DNA from: Syntrophales bacterium | GTDB taxonomy: Bacteria > Desulfobacterota > Syntrophia > Syntrophales > UBA6807 | NCBI GenBank assembly: GCA_040767195.1 | Contig: JAXGPA010000001.1 | Span: 288,001-352,000, forward strand | Direction: 5' to 3' | DNA: 64,000 nucleotides | Part shown: positions 8,926 through 19,305 of the stretch, piece by piece | How positions within the stretch are numbered: the first letter of the stretch is position 1 | How the letters are laid out: each line of letters begins with the position of its first letter | Translations under genes and position numbers: made by a program | Notes under the pieces: model-generated | What the model was told of the DNA's origin: nothing | Seen by the model: only the letters and a program-made list of their open reading frames with translations | Databases searched by the model: none

Positions 8926-9809
8926 AAGAACTCGTTATCATCAGCGGCAAGGGGGGTACGGGCAAGACGAGCCTTGTCGCGTCCTTCGCCGCTCTCGCGA
9001 AAGAAAAGGTTCTCGTCGACTGCGACGTCGACGCGGCGGATCTCCATCTCGTTCTGAACCCGTCCGTGGAAGAGGACGGTGACTTTTCCGGAGGGAAAAA
9101 GGCCCGGGTCCTCGAGGAAGACTGCGTCGCCTGCGGTGCGTGCCTGGAAGCCTGCCGTTTCGATGCCCTGATCGTTCCCGAGGAGGCCTCCGAATCGGGG
9201 ATCCCGGTGGTCAACCCCATCTTCTGCGAAGGATGCGGTGTCTGTTTCCGGGTTTGTCCCGCCGACGCCATTGCCTTCGAACCTGTTGTCAACGGCCGGT
9301 GGTTCCTGTCGCAGACCCGTTACGGTCCCCTGGTCCACGCGAAACTGGGCATCGCCGAGGGGAATTCGGGCAAGCTCGTGTCTCTTCTTCGTGAAAAGGC
9401 CCGGGCCATGGCCGAGGAAAAAAGGATTCCCCTCATTCTTATCGACGGTTCTCCCGGCATCGGCTGCCCCGTGATCGCTTCCATTACGGGAAGCAACCAC
9501 ATCCTCGTGGTCACCGAGCCCACCCTTTCGGGTCGTCACGACCTGTTCCGGGTTCTTGAACTGGCGTCACATTTCCGCATTCCCGTTTCCCTGTGCGTCA
9601 ACAAGTGGGATCTAAACCCGGAAATGACCGAACGTATCGAAGAGGACGCGCGGAAGCGATCGATTCCCCTGGCCGGGAGGGTTTCTTACGATCCCGCCGT
9701 TACGAAGGCCCAGATCGCGGGAACGACGGTCGTTGAGTTCACCGACGGCCCGGTCTCGGGAGAAATACGCGCCCTCTGGAAAAAAACGGAACAAAACCTT
9801 GGTTCCTGA
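8922..9809 (+). CDS. Second MinD/ParA-type P-loop ATPase with 2x[4Fe-4S] insert
   Basis: SGKGGTGKTS, DCDVDAADL, two CxxCxxCxxxC motifs, DGSPGIGCP, TEPT. Confidence 0.9.
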   Translation: MKELVIISGKGGTGKTSLVASFAALAKEKVLVDCDVDAADLHLVLNPSVEEDGDFSGGKKARVLEEDCVACGACLEACRFDALIVPEEASESGIPVVNPIFCEGCGVCFRVCPADAIAFEPVVNGRWFLSQTRYGPLVHAKLGIAEGNSGKLVSLLREKARAMAEEKRIPLILIDGSPGIGCPVIASITGSNHILVVTEPTLSGRHDLFRVLELASHFRIPVSLCVNKWDLNPEMTERIEEDARKRSIPLAGRVSYDPAVTKAQIAGTTVVEFTDGPVSGEIRALWKKTEQNLGS

Positions 9810-10768
9810 TGGGCAAAGATAAAAAGCGCTTTCACCATGTTTACGGTCCCGTCCCGTCGAGACGGCTGGGGAGATCCCTCGGTGTCGATCTCGTTCCCTT
9901 CAAGGTCTGCACGTACGACTGCATTTACTGCCAGCTGGGAAAAACAACGGAAAAAACGGCCTTGAGACGACCTTACGTACCGGTCGAACCCCTCATGGAT
10001 GAATTAAAGGGCGCCCTTGACAGGGAAGCACGGCCTGATTATATCACTCTTTCAGGTTCGGGAGAGCCGACCCTTCACAGCGAGCTGGGAAGGATCATGA
10101 CGGCGGTCCGGAAAATGACGGACATTTCCCTGGCGGTCATTACCAATGGTTCCCTGCTGTGGGACGAAGACGTGAGGATGTCTCTTCGAAAGGCCGACCT
10201 TCTCGTCCCTTCCCTGGACGGGGGTAACGGGACCCTGTTCCGGAGAATCAACCGCCCCTGCCGTGAAATCACTTTCCCGAAGATGATCGACGGCCTTTTC
10301 CGGATGCGGGATGAATACCCCGGGCCATTCTGGCTCGAGGTTTTCCTCGTCTCCGGGTTGAACGACGACGAAGAGGCCCTCGGGAACCTGAAAAGCCTGA
10401 TCGACCGGATGGGGCCGGACCGGGTCCAGCTGAACACCAACGTCAGAAGCCCGGCCAGAAAGGCGGCCCCTCCCGTGGACGCCGAAAAAATGAAGGCCAT
10501 CGCCCGGTCCTTCGGAGACCCGTGGGAGGTCGTGACGGCACTGGAAGCTTCCAGCGGCGTGGAACCCTCCCTGTCCCGGGAGCGGGAGGCCGCCATCCTG
10601 GAAATGATCGAACGGAGGCCTTCGACAGCCGAGGATGTCGCCTCGGGACTCGGCCTGGCCGTCAATGAAGTCATCAAGCTCCTCGACGGAACCGCCTTGC
10701 GGGGCAGCGTCGAAACCTTCCAGTCGGGAGAAGAAATCTATTACACCCGGAAACGCCGACACCAGTAA
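9809..10768 (+). CDS. Radical SAM protein (COG0731/Tyw1-like)
   Basis: YGPVPSRRLGRSLG, CTYDCIYC, SGSGEPTL. Confidence 0.88.
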   Translation: MGKDKKRFHHVYGPVPSRRLGRSLGVDLVPFKVCTYDCIYCQLGKTTEKTALRRPYVPVEPLMDELKGALDREARPDYITLSGSGEPTLHSELGRIMTAVRKMTDISLAVITNGSLLWDEDVRMSLRKADLLVPSLDGGNGTLFRRINRPCREITFPKMIDGLFRMRDEYPGPFWLEVFLVSGLNDDEEALGNLKSLIDRMGPDRVQLNTNVRSPARKAAPPVDAEKMKAIARSFGDPWEVVTALEASSGVEPSLSREREAAILEMIERRPSTAEDVASGLGLAVNEVIKLLDGTALRGSVETFQSGEEIYYTRKRRHQ

Positions 10769-10782
10769 AGGAGGTTGTCTCA

Positions 10783-12048
10783 ATGAGCCACGATAACGAC
10801 CGTGATCACCGCAGTTCGGGTGATCGCGCAGACAAGGGCAATGCCGCTTCCGAAAAAAAAGGGCCGGACAAGGACGCCATCGAGAAGCGGATGTCCCGGA
10901 TCCGCCATAAAATCATGGTCCTTTCCGGCAAGGGCGGGGTCGGTAAAAGCACCGTCGCCGCCAACCTGGCCATAGCGCTCGCCATGGAGGGAAAGCAGGT
11001 GGGCCTTCTGGACGTGGATTTTCACGGTCCAAGCATCCCCACCCTGCTCCATCTGCAGGGCCGCCAGCTTTCTTATGACGGCGAAGCCATCGCACCGGTG
11101 AAATTTTCCGAAAACCTGAAGGTGTTCTCCCTGGGGTTCCTGCTCAAGAACGAGGACGACGCCGTCATCTGGCGGGGCCCCATGAAAATCAACGTGATCA
11201 AGCAGATCCTCTCGGAAACCGACTGGGGGGACCTGGACTACCTGATCATGGACTTCCCCCCGGGGACCGGCGATGAACCCCTTTCCATCGCCCAGATGCT
11301 TCCGTCAAGCGACGGGGCGGTCATCGTCACGACCCCCCAGAACCTTTCCATCATAGACGTGCGGAAGTCCATCAATTTCTGCCGCCAGGTCCATGTGCCT
11401 CTCCTGGGGGTCGTGGAAAACATGAGCGGTTTCGTCTGTCCGAACTGCCATGAACTGGTGAATCTTTTCAAAGCCGGCGGCGGTGAGACCATGGCGAAGG
11501 AAATGGGTGTCCCCTTCCTGGGCCGGATTCCCATCGATCCGGCCGTTGCCGAAGCCTCCGACGAGGGCAGGCCTTTCGTTTATTTCCATGGAAAAACGGA
11601 GGCCGGTAAAGCGTTTACCGCCATCGCCGCGGCCATCATGGCTAAAGAAGAAGGCCTCTCGAAAAACACCGAGAACGAGAGCGGGAAGAAAACCCATGAG
11701 GGGCCTGTCGTGAAGGTGGCCGTTCCGGTCACGGAAAATCGCCTGAGCGCCCATTTCGGCCACTGTGACGTCTTTTCCGTTTTTGACGTGGACACGGTGA
11801 AAAAAAGCGTTCTTTCCCGCCAGGACCTGCCGGCCCCGCCCCACGAACCGGGGCTTCTTCCCCGGTGGCTCCACGAACGGGGTGTCCAGTTGATTCTCGC
11901 CGGCGGCATGGGTCAGCGGGCCCAGGACCTCTTTTCCCAGAAAGGGATCCGGGTCATGGTAGGGGCCCCCTCGGAATCTCCCGAAGCGGTCGTGGCCGCC
12001 TGGCTGGACGGCTCCCTCCGGCTCGGGTCGAATCTCTGCGACCACTGA
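10783..12048 (+). CDS. Mrp/NBP35 (ApbC) Fe-S carrier fused to a C-terminal NifB/NifX domain (MrpORP-like)
   Basis: SGKGGVGKST, IWRGP, DFPPGTGD, ENMSGFVCPNC; C-terminal AHFGHC, HEPG, GGMG, NLCDH. Confidence 0.92.
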   Translation: MSHDNDRDHRSSGDRADKGNAASEKKGPDKDAIEKRMSRIRHKIMVLSGKGGVGKSTVAANLAIALAMEGKQVGLLDVDFHGPSIPTLLHLQGRQLSYDGEAIAPVKFSENLKVFSLGFLLKNEDDAVIWRGPMKINVIKQILSETDWGDLDYLIMDFPPGTGDEPLSIAQMLPSSDGAVIVTTPQNLSIIDVRKSINFCRQVHVPLLGVVENMSGFVCPNCHELVNLFKAGGGETMAKEMGVPFLGRIPIDPAVAEASDEGRPFVYFHGKTEAGKAFTAIAAAIMAKEEGLSKNTENESGKKTHEGPVVKVAVPVTENRLSAHFGHCDVFSVFDVDTVKKSVLSRQDLPAPPHEPGLLPRWLHERGVQLILAGGMGQRAQDLFSQKGIRVMVGAPSESPEAVVAAWLDGSLRLGSNLCDH

Positions 12049-12073
12049 TTAAACGGAGGAAAACGGAGAGGTC

Positions 12074-12508
12074 GTGGAAACGGAAGAAAAGATCCTTGCC
12101 GAGATGATGGGCCTTCTGGAGGAAAAAGGGATCGGCCGGTTTTCAGAAGCCCTCAAGCGTCACGGCATGCACCCGGAACATTACGGAAAATTGGACCGGC
12201 CGGATGGGTTCGGTGAACTCACCGGGTCCTGCGGAGACACGGTGGAGATGTCCCTCCGTGTCCGAAACGGCCGGGTCTCGGAAAGCCGGTTCACCACCGA
12301 CGGGTGTTTTTTCACCGTCGCCGCCTGCGACGCGGCGGCTGCCATGGCCGAGGGGAAGTCCCTGGCCGACTGTCTCAGAATCAACAGGAGCGCCATCCTG
12401 GAATACCTGGAAAACATGCCCGGGGATCACCACCACTGCGCCGATCTCGCGGCCCGTGTATTTCACAAGGCGCTTCGGGATTTTGTCATAAAAAAGAAAA
12501 GACCATAA
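12074..12508 (+). CDS. NifU/IscU-like Fe-S scaffold protein
   Basis: GSCGDT, DGC, HHCA conserved cysteines. Confidence 0.8.
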   Translation: METEEKILAEMMGLLEEKGIGRFSEALKRHGMHPEHYGKLDRPDGFGELTGSCGDTVEMSLRVRNGRVSESRFTTDGCFFTVAACDAAAAMAEGKSLADCLRINRSAILEYLENMPGDHHHCADLAARVFHKALRDFVIKKKRP

Positions 12509-12541
12509 AACCCAAAAAACTTCAGGAGTAAGGAGGCTTTC

Positions 12542-13567
12542 ATGTTTTACGAGGAACGGTGCGATTTTTGCGGTGAATGCCTGGAGAGATGCCACTACCT
12601 TGATTTCGACAAGGAAAGCGGGGCGGAAGCCTTTCGAAAACTTGTGGCGGGAGAAAAATCCGACTGGCTTTACGACTGCATCACCTGTATCGCCTGCAAC
12701 GAGTACTGCCCGAAAGACGCGCGGCCTTTCGACCTCATCATCCAGCGGATGGAGGAGGCGGGAGACTTCACCGATCCGGCGCTCCGGGCCAAGATGGCCT
12801 CCCGCTTCGCCGCCGAGGGAGAGCCCAAGGCCATGGAACCGGCGGACCGGGCCATTTCGCTGTGCGTCATGGAAGGCAGCATGCCCTGGGCCATTCACGG
12901 GAAGCTCTTCGAAGGGCTTCCCGCCATGAAGGGACGCCACTTTTTCTGCAACGTCCTGTTCGCCCACATGGGGGACGAATCGATCATGCGGGACCGCCTC
13001 CAGGGTCTCGTGGACAACCTGGCCAAATCGGGAGCGAAGGAAATCGTCTTCATCCACGACGACTGCTACGCCCTTCTCAAGGGACTGGCCCCGGAATACG
13101 GAATAGAGCTTCCCTTCCGGCCCGTTCCCATTTTCGAGCACATTCTCGATTACCTGAAGGCCCACCCGGAGGACGTCCGTAAGCTCGGCATGAAAGTCGC
13201 CTACCAGAGACCCTGCGCCTCGCGGTACACGCCCGAGAAAGACCCCCTTCTCGATGAGATATTCGACCTCATCGGCGTGGAACGGGTAAAGCGGGAATAT
13301 GACGGCATCAATCAGCTGTGCTGCGGCGTGGAACTGGCGGGACCGAACCTGAAGCTTTTCCCCCGGGGAAAGAATTACGAGCCCTTCCGGGAAATGAATG
13401 TGAAGGACGCCCGTGAGGCCGGCGCCGAGGCCATGATCTACCTGTGCCCCATGTGCTACAAGACCCTGGGGCAGAAGGTCCTGGACTACGGGATGAAAAA
13501 CTACATGATCAGCGACCTCTGCCGGCTGGCCCTGGGAGAAACGCTGCCCGAGGACAAGCCTCTCTGA
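12542..13567 (+). CDS. (Fe-S)-binding protein with ferredoxin and CCG domains (HdrD/GlpC-like)
   Basis: CDFCGECLERC, CITCIACNEYCP, QRPC, LCCG, CPMC. Confidence 0.8.
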   Translation: MFYEERCDFCGECLERCHYLDFDKESGAEAFRKLVAGEKSDWLYDCITCIACNEYCPKDARPFDLIIQRMEEAGDFTDPALRAKMASRFAAEGEPKAMEPADRAISLCVMEGSMPWAIHGKLFEGLPAMKGRHFFCNVLFAHMGDESIMRDRLQGLVDNLAKSGAKEIVFIHDDCYALLKGLAPEYGIELPFRPVPIFEHILDYLKAHPEDVRKLGMKVAYQRPCASRYTPEKDPLLDEIFDLIGVERVKREYDGINQLCCGVELAGPNLKLFPRGKNYEPFREMNVKDAREAGAEAMIYLCPMCYKTLGQKVLDYGMKNYMISDLCRLALGETLPEDKPL

Positions 13568-13828
13568 AGGCTGGAAAAACCGCTTAAAGGACAAGGGACC
13601 GCCACCGCCGGACGGCCCCATGAAGCCCGATAAGAACTCAATTTGAAAGGCATTTTAGAAATCCGGGGGCCCCTTTCCCATGGGGAGGGGCCCCCGGTGT
13701 TTCTATGCCGTTTTCCGGGCGCTCGCGGCGGCTGTTTCCTCCCCCTCAAACTCCGCCCGAAGGCCCCCTGTGAAACGGGGAGGAGGGCGGAAGCCCCGGG
13801 ACCTGCCCCGGGATTTTCAGGATGTTTT

Positions 13829-14353
13829 TCAGCCCCCGTCGAGCCCCGTTCTTTCCTTGTCCCGGAACCAGCCCGCGGGGTTTGTCATGAGCTCCTCCGT
13901 GTCCTTCAGGGAAACGTAGTGCTCATGCTCCATGTCCGCGAGAAGGTTGAAAAAAGCCTTTTCCTTCGGGTCCGTCACCTTGTCCCTCAGGTCGGCGTAG
14001 TAAACGGCCCCCGCCGCCTCGAAGTCGATGGCCTTCCGCACCGCCGCCAGGTCGTCCTCGTTTCCCGGAGGCATCTTGGCCTCCTTTTCCACGAAGCCCT
14101 TCAGGACATCCCGGACACGGGTGTTTTCCACCTTCAGAGGCAGGGATTCGGGCCACTTCTGATCCTTGTCCCACCTGCCGTGAAGCTCTTTAAGCCTTTC
14201 ATAATGCTCCAGTTCCTCGTCGGCGATCTGCTGGAACATGGCCTTTCCGACGGGATTTTTCGTCCGTTTCGCGTTTTGAAGATAGAACTCCCGCTCCCGG
14301 GTCTCGTTCTCGAGGGCCACTTCCAGGGCGTCAAGCCGTTCCCTGTCTTTCAT
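13829..14353 (-). CDS. Rubrerythrin/ferritin-like di-iron protein
   Basis: ALENE..FY, IADEELEH, AIDFE..YY, LADMEHEH. Confidence 0.85.
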   Translation of the reverse strand: MKDRERLDALEVALENETREREFYLQNAKRTKNPVGKAMFQQIADEELEHYERLKELHGRWDKDQKWPESLPLKVENTRVRDVLKGFVEKEAKMPPGNEDDLAAVRKAIDFEAAGAVYYADLRDKVTDPKEKAFFNLLADMEHEHYVSLKDTEELMTNPAGWFRDKERTGLDGG

Positions 14354-14441
14354 CTTTTCTCTCCTTCCCCATGGTTTCTCTGTCACGTCAGCGAAGACAA
14401 CCGGCTTTCAGGATAAACAAAAGGACTCAGGCGGTCAAGGC

Positions 14442-15200
14442 TCATTTCCCCTCCGGCCCCGAGAGAACGAGGTCTTTGAACCACGCCCGAACACCCTCGT
14501 TGGTGTCCTCCGTGTCGGACAGGAGAACGACAGCCGCCACACCGGGAGGGTCCTTGCCGAAACAGCGCCGGAAATCGTCCACCAGGTTTCGATTCTCCCG
14601 AACCCACCGGCCGGCTTTCTCGTTTCCGCGCTCCAGGATGATCATCTTTCTTCGGGAGGAACGGGGATCGCTCAACAGGGCTCCCTCGGGAGGGCTGTTT
14701 CCCCAGAGATAATCGATGGCGAGGCCCGCCGGTTCGAGAGGCGGCAGGGTGATGCCCGTGTATTCGAGGAGTCCCCTGACAAGGGGGTGCCTGTCCGGAG
14801 ACATCGCCGTTTTCCCGAAAATCACCCGGAGCCGGGCGGCGGCGTCGCTTCGGTCCCGGGTGTCTTCCCTCGCCATTCCCACGGTCCGGTTCACCTTCCA
14901 GGACCAGGACAGGCGGGGACACGACAGGGAAGGCAGGCCGTCAAGGGGCTTCATGGCCCCAGATATGCTGTTCAGGCTTTTGATGTGAAGAACCGGGGTG
15001 TTCCCCTCCTTTTCCAGGGAAATGACGTTTTCTCTCTTCCCCAGGTAGGAGACCGGTTCCCATCCCCCGGGGAGACCGTTTTCCTCCTCCGGCCTTTCAA
15101 AGTCGAGGGCGGGGCATGGGCCGGCGGGGTAAACGGCGGGGATAAAAAAGACAACGACAATCCCCGTCAGAAGGATTCCGAAAAAAATCGTCCGTGCCAT
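14442..15200 (-). CDS. DUF3047 family exported protein
   Basis: Signal peptide; LSWSWKV, DAAARL.V.F, IDYLW, WVRE.RNL.DDF...FG, SDTEDT. Confidence 0.8.
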   Translation of the reverse strand: MARTIFFGILLTGIVVVFFIPAVYPAGPCPALDFERPEEENGLPGGWEPVSYLGKRENVISLEKEGNTPVLHIKSLNSISGAMKPLDGLPSLSCPRLSWSWKVNRTVGMAREDTRDRSDAAARLRVIFGKTAMSPDRHPLVRGLLEYTGITLPPLEPAGLAIDYLWGNSPPEGALLSDPRSSRRKMIILERGNEKAGRWVRENRNLVDDFRRCFGKDPPGVAAVVLLSDTEDTNEGVRAWFKDLVLSGPEGK

Positions 15201-15239
15201 GGATCGGCCCCTGTTTTCCCACTCTGCTTCGAAGGCCCG

Positions 15240-16175
15240 TCAGGAGAAAGACTCGCCGGGGGTGAAACGAAACCCCCGGAGAAAGTCTTTCACCGGCATA
15301 CGCTTCTTGCCTTCCAGCTGCACGTCCCGGAGATACACCAGGCCGTCCCGGGCAACCACGGGCAGGCCTTTGTCCGACGCCGCCAGGACCGTTCCCGGCC
15401 CGGCCTCCGGCCCGGAGCGTTCCCAGGATGCCCCGTAAATCTTTATTTTTTTCCCCCGGAGAAAGGTGTAGGCTCCCGGATGGGCAGACAAGCCGCGGAT
15501 GAGGTTCACGATCTTCCTTCCTTCCCGGTCCCAGTTGATGAGCCCCATGTCCGGGGGAAGCTTCGGGGCGAAAGTGGCCCTTTTCCCCTCCTGGGGTATC
15601 CGCGGCGCCGTACCGTTTTCGATTTTTCCGATGGCCTCGACGAGAAGGCGGGCACCCTTCTCCGCCAGCCGCTCATGGAGGGAATCATAGGTGTCTTCGG
15701 GCCCGATGGGAACCTCTTCCTGGAGGATCATGTCCCCGGCGTCCACTTCCTCGCTCATGAAAAGGACGGTCACCCCCGTTTTTTCCTCCCCCCGGATGAG
15801 GGCCCAGTTGATGGGTGCCGCGCCGCGGTACCGGGGCAGGAGGGACGGATGGACGTTGACGCATCCCCAGGGGGGGCTCTCGAGGATCTCCCGGGGGAGG
15901 ATCTGCCCGAAGGCGACCAGAACGACCAGCTCGGGATTCAATTCCCTGAAAAGGGACAGGAAGGATTCATCACGAACCTTCTCGGGCTGGTAGATCATGA
16001 GACCGAGTTCTTCGGCCAGCGTTTTCACCGGAGGGGGTTCGTGCTTTTTCCCTCTTCCCCGGGGACGGTCCGGCTGGGTGACCACCCCGATGACGGGATA
16101 CCCGGCTTTGACAAGACCCTCCAGGGAGGGGACGGAAAATTCCGGTGTGCCCATGAACAGAGTCTTCGGCTTCAT
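15240..16175 (-). CDS. fmt: Methionyl-tRNA formyltransferase
   Basis: FMGTPEF, VVTQPDRP.GRG, NVHPSLLPRYRGAAPI, DAGD. Confidence 0.96.
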   Translation of the reverse strand: MKPKTLFMGTPEFSVPSLEGLVKAGYPVIGVVTQPDRPRGRGKKHEPPPVKTLAEELGLMIYQPEKVRDESFLSLFRELNPELVVLVAFGQILPREILESPPWGCVNVHPSLLPRYRGAAPINWALIRGEEKTGVTVLFMSEEVDAGDMILQEEVPIGPEDTYDSLHERLAEKGARLLVEAIGKIENGTAPRIPQEGKRATFAPKLPPDMGLINWDREGRKIVNLIRGLSAHPGAYTFLRGKKIKIYGASWERSGPEAGPGTVLAASDKGLPVVARDGLVYLRDVQLEGKKRMPVKDFLRGFRFTPGESFS

Positions 16176-16357
16176 GATCGTCCTTCCTTTGGAACGGCCC
16201 TTCCATCGGCCGTTTCACCGAATTTTCCATACCAGGATTCATCCCGGCCTGTCAATTTTACCTCCCTCGCCGCCGTCTCCCTTCTTGACGGCGGGTGACG
16301 TTCGCAGTAAGAATGGCGGCAAACGTCATAGCGAAATCCACGGAAAGGGGATATGCC

Positions 16358-17515
16358 ATGCCCTCCGTCAGCCTCCGTCTCCGGTATTTCACCGAATCGG
16401 TCATACGAAGCATGACCCGGCTCGCCAACGAACACGGCGCCGTTAATCTTTCCCAGGGGTTCCCAGACTTCGACCCCCCGGCGGAACTCCTCGAGGCGGC
16501 GGTCCGGGCCGCCCGCTCGGGACCCCATCAGTATGCCGTGACCTGGGGCGCCCCGAACTTCCGTAAGGCTCTGGCCCGCAAGCAGAGCCGGTTCATGGGC
16601 ATCCCCGTCGACCCGGAACGGAATATCGTCGTCACCTGCGGCAGCACGGAGGCCATGATGACGGCCATGATGACGGTGACCAACCCCGGCGAGGAGGTGA
16701 TCATTTTCTCCCCCTTCTACGAAAACTACGGGGCCGACACCATTCTTTCAGGCGCCAAGCCGGTCTATGTTCCCCTTCATCCCCCGGATTACCGGTTCGA
16801 CCGGGACGAACTCCGGAAAGCCTTCGAAAGAAGACCCAAGGCGCTTGTCCTGTGCAATCCCTCCAACCCCTCGGGTCGGGCGTTCTCCCTCGACGAGCTG
16901 GAATGCATCGCCGGCCTTGCCCTGGAATTCGACGCCTTCGTCATCACCGACGAGGTGTATGAACATATTGTCTACGAGCCCCGCGAACACACGTACATGG
17001 CCTCCCTGCCCGGCATGTTCGAGCGGACCCTTTCCTGCAGTTCCCTTTCCAAGACCTATGCCATCACGGGCTGGCGCCTCGGCTACGTCATCGCGCCGCC
17101 GGACCTGACCGACGGCGCCCGGAAAGTCCACGATTTCCTCACCGTGGGCGCGCCGGCTCCCCTGCAGGAAGCGGCCGTGACGGCCCTGGCGTTCCCCGAC
17201 GACTACTATGACGCCCTCCGGGAAGACTATCAGGGCCGGCGGGATTTCTTCCTCCGTTACCTGGATCGGGCGGGACTGTCCTACACGACGCCGGAAGGGG
17301 CTTACTACGTCATGGTGGACATCGCCCCCTTCGGCTGGCGGGACGACACCGCTTTCTGCGAATGGCTCACCCGTGAGATCGGCGTTGCCGCTGTGCCGGG
17401 ATCAAGCTTCTTCGCCGAACCGGTCAACCGTTATATCCGTTTCCATTTTGCCAAGAAGAAGGAAACCCTCGCAGAGGCGGGGGAACGCCTTCTGCGCCTC
17501 CGGGAGAAAGGCTGA
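16358..17515 (+). CDS. PLP-dependent aminotransferase class I/II
   Basis: NLSQGFPD, NPSNPSG, TDEVYEH, SLSKTY..TGWRLG. Confidence 0.92.
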   Translation: MPSVSLRLRYFTESVIRSMTRLANEHGAVNLSQGFPDFDPPAELLEAAVRAARSGPHQYAVTWGAPNFRKALARKQSRFMGIPVDPERNIVVTCGSTEAMMTAMMTVTNPGEEVIIFSPFYENYGADTILSGAKPVYVPLHPPDYRFDRDELRKAFERRPKALVLCNPSNPSGRAFSLDELECIAGLALEFDAFVITDEVYEHIVYEPREHTYMASLPGMFERTLSCSSLSKTYAITGWRLGYVIAPPDLTDGARKVHDFLTVGAPAPLQEAAVTALAFPDDYYDALREDYQGRRDFFLRYLDRAGLSYTTPEGAYYVMVDIAPFGWRDDTAFCEWLTREIGVAAVPGSSFFAEPVNRYIRFHFAKKKETLAEAGERLLRLREKG

Positions 17516-18012
17516 TGGACACCGCCTGGGTTTCCGTCCCGCTCATCGTCCTTGGTTTGGCCATCAATCTCGCGGGGCTCATCGGCTGCGTCGTTCCCGC
17601 TTTGCCCGGACCGGTCCTGAGTTACCTGTCCCTTCTTCTTCTCGCCTCCGTCCTGGAAGAGGCCGTTTTCAGCGGCCGGTTCCTCGTGGTCATGACCGTG
17701 TCCGTTCTCGCCGTATCCCTGGCCGATTATTTTCTGCCTCTCAGGGGCGCCCGGAAATACGGCGCCTCCCGGTGGGGTGTCACGGGATCTCTCCTGGGCA
17801 TGCTCATCGGGGTTTTCCTGTTCCCGCCTTTCGGCCTTTTTCTCGGCGCCTTTCTCGGGGCCTTCGGTGGCGAAATCCTGTCGAGAAAGGCTGAAAAAGA
17901 TGCTCTCCGGGCAGCCTGGGGCGCCTTCACGGGAACCATCCTGGGAACGGTGGTCAAGCTGGCCTACTCGGGAGCGGCTCTCTTCTTCTATGTGAGGGCC
18001 CTCGTCCCATGA
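17515..18012 (+). CDS. DUF456 family membrane protein
   Basis: P.LPGP, GARKYGASR.G, PPFG..LGAFLGA..GE. Confidence 0.82.
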   Translation: MDTAWVSVPLIVLGLAINLAGLIGCVVPALPGPVLSYLSLLLLASVLEEAVFSGRFLVVMTVSVLAVSLADYFLPLRGARKYGASRWGVTGSLLGMLIGVFLFPPFGLFLGAFLGAFGGEILSRKAEKDALRAAWGAFTGTILGTVVKLAYSGAALFFYVRALVP

Positions 18013-19217
18013 CTTCCCCATGGCCGCCGGAAAGGCCCCCGCAGGAGGTTTCCCGAAACCGTTTCATTCTCCAGATGGCCGCTGCCGTGGCCTGCCGCTT
18101 CCTCATCAACACGGCCCGGCGTTTTCCCTATCCTTTCGCCCCCGAACTGGCAAGAGGCCTCGGAGTCTCTCTGCCCGCCGTGAGCGCCCTTGTCGCGGCC
18201 AACCCCGCCACAGGGCTTTTGAGCCCCTTTTTCGGCTCCCTGGGGGACCAGATGGGACACCGCCTGGTCATCGTCGGCGGTATGGCCCTTCTCGCCCTGG
18301 CCATGACCGGGGCGGCCTTCTTTCCCTCGTACGGCGTCCTCTTTGCCGCCTTTCTTCTTGCCGGGCTGAGCAAGGCCGCCTGCGACCCCGCCATCCTGTC
18401 CTATGTGGCGGAGCGCATCCCCTACCACCGCCGGGGAAGGGCCATCGGCATCGTCGAAATGGGATGGGCGGGAAGCACCCTTCTGGGCATACCCGCCGTC
18501 GGGTTCCTGATCCACCGTTTCGGCTGGCAATCGCCCTTTTTCTTCATCGGCGTCGCCGCCCTGACCGGTGCCGTCGTTCTTCTTTTCCTCCTGTCCGGAA
18601 ACGGCGCCCCGGCAAACCGGCGGCCTGGACCGGGATCCTTTCTTCTCCTCTGGCGGAAAGTCGCCCGGAGCAAGCCTGCTCTCGGCATCCTGGGTTTCGC
18701 ATTTTTCGTCGGCGCGGCGAACGATCTTTTTTTTATCGTTTTCGGGATCTGGATGGAGGAATCCTTTCACCTGTCCATCGTCGCCCTGGGCGGGTCGGCG
18801 TTTCTCGTGGGGTCCGCCGAGTTCCTGGGGGAAATCGCCGTGGCGTCCCTTTCAGACCGGCTGGGCCTTTTTCGGGCCGTGGTGATCGGGACGGTTCTTT
18901 CCGGCGCGGCTTACGGGCTCATCCCCATCCTCGGCGGGTCGACCGCCGGGGCCCTGGCCGTCCTTTTCCTCATCTTCCTGTTCGTGGAATTCTCGATCGT
19001 CACCCTTCTTTCCAGGGCATCGGAAATTCTCCCGGAAATGCGGGGGACCGTGCTGTCGGGCTTCATCGCGGCGTCGAGCGCGGGACGCGTGACCGGCGCC
19101 CTTCTCGGGGGTCCTGTCTGGCTTTTCGGCAGAATGCCCTGGATCACCGCCGGGTCCGTCGTCCTGACTTTCCTGGCGCTCGTCTGCCTCTGGATCGGAT
19201 TCCGGGAACAGGCGTGA
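18009..19217 (+). CDS. MFS transporter
   Basis: About 12 hydrophobic segments; GSLGDQMGHR and SLSDRLG motif A copies. Confidence 0.88.
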   Translation: MTSPWPPERPPQEVSRNRFILQMAAAVACRFLINTARRFPYPFAPELARGLGVSLPAVSALVAANPATGLLSPFFGSLGDQMGHRLVIVGGMALLALAMTGAAFFPSYGVLFAAFLLAGLSKAACDPAILSYVAERIPYHRRGRAIGIVEMGWAGSTLLGIPAVGFLIHRFGWQSPFFFIGVAALTGAVVLLFLLSGNGAPANRRPGPGSFLLLWRKVARSKPALGILGFAFFVGAANDLFFIVFGIWMEESFHLSIVALGGSAFLVGSAEFLGEIAVASLSDRLGLFRAVVIGTVLSGAAYGLIPILGGSTAGALAVLFLIFLFVEFSIVTLLSRASEILPEMRGTVLSGFIAASSAGRVTGALLGGPVWLFGRMPWITAGSVVLTFLALVCLWIGFREQA

Positions 19218-19305
19218 CGGCACCCTCGGAAAGCCTGCCCGGAGAGAACCCATAAGGCGGTCCGTTTTTTACGAAACCGTCTTGAAAAACCTGATGTCCC
19301 TGAAT

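Noticed and set aside
15240..16175. fmt not adjacent to def
   Set aside because: A simple rearrangement explains it and the gene is intact.
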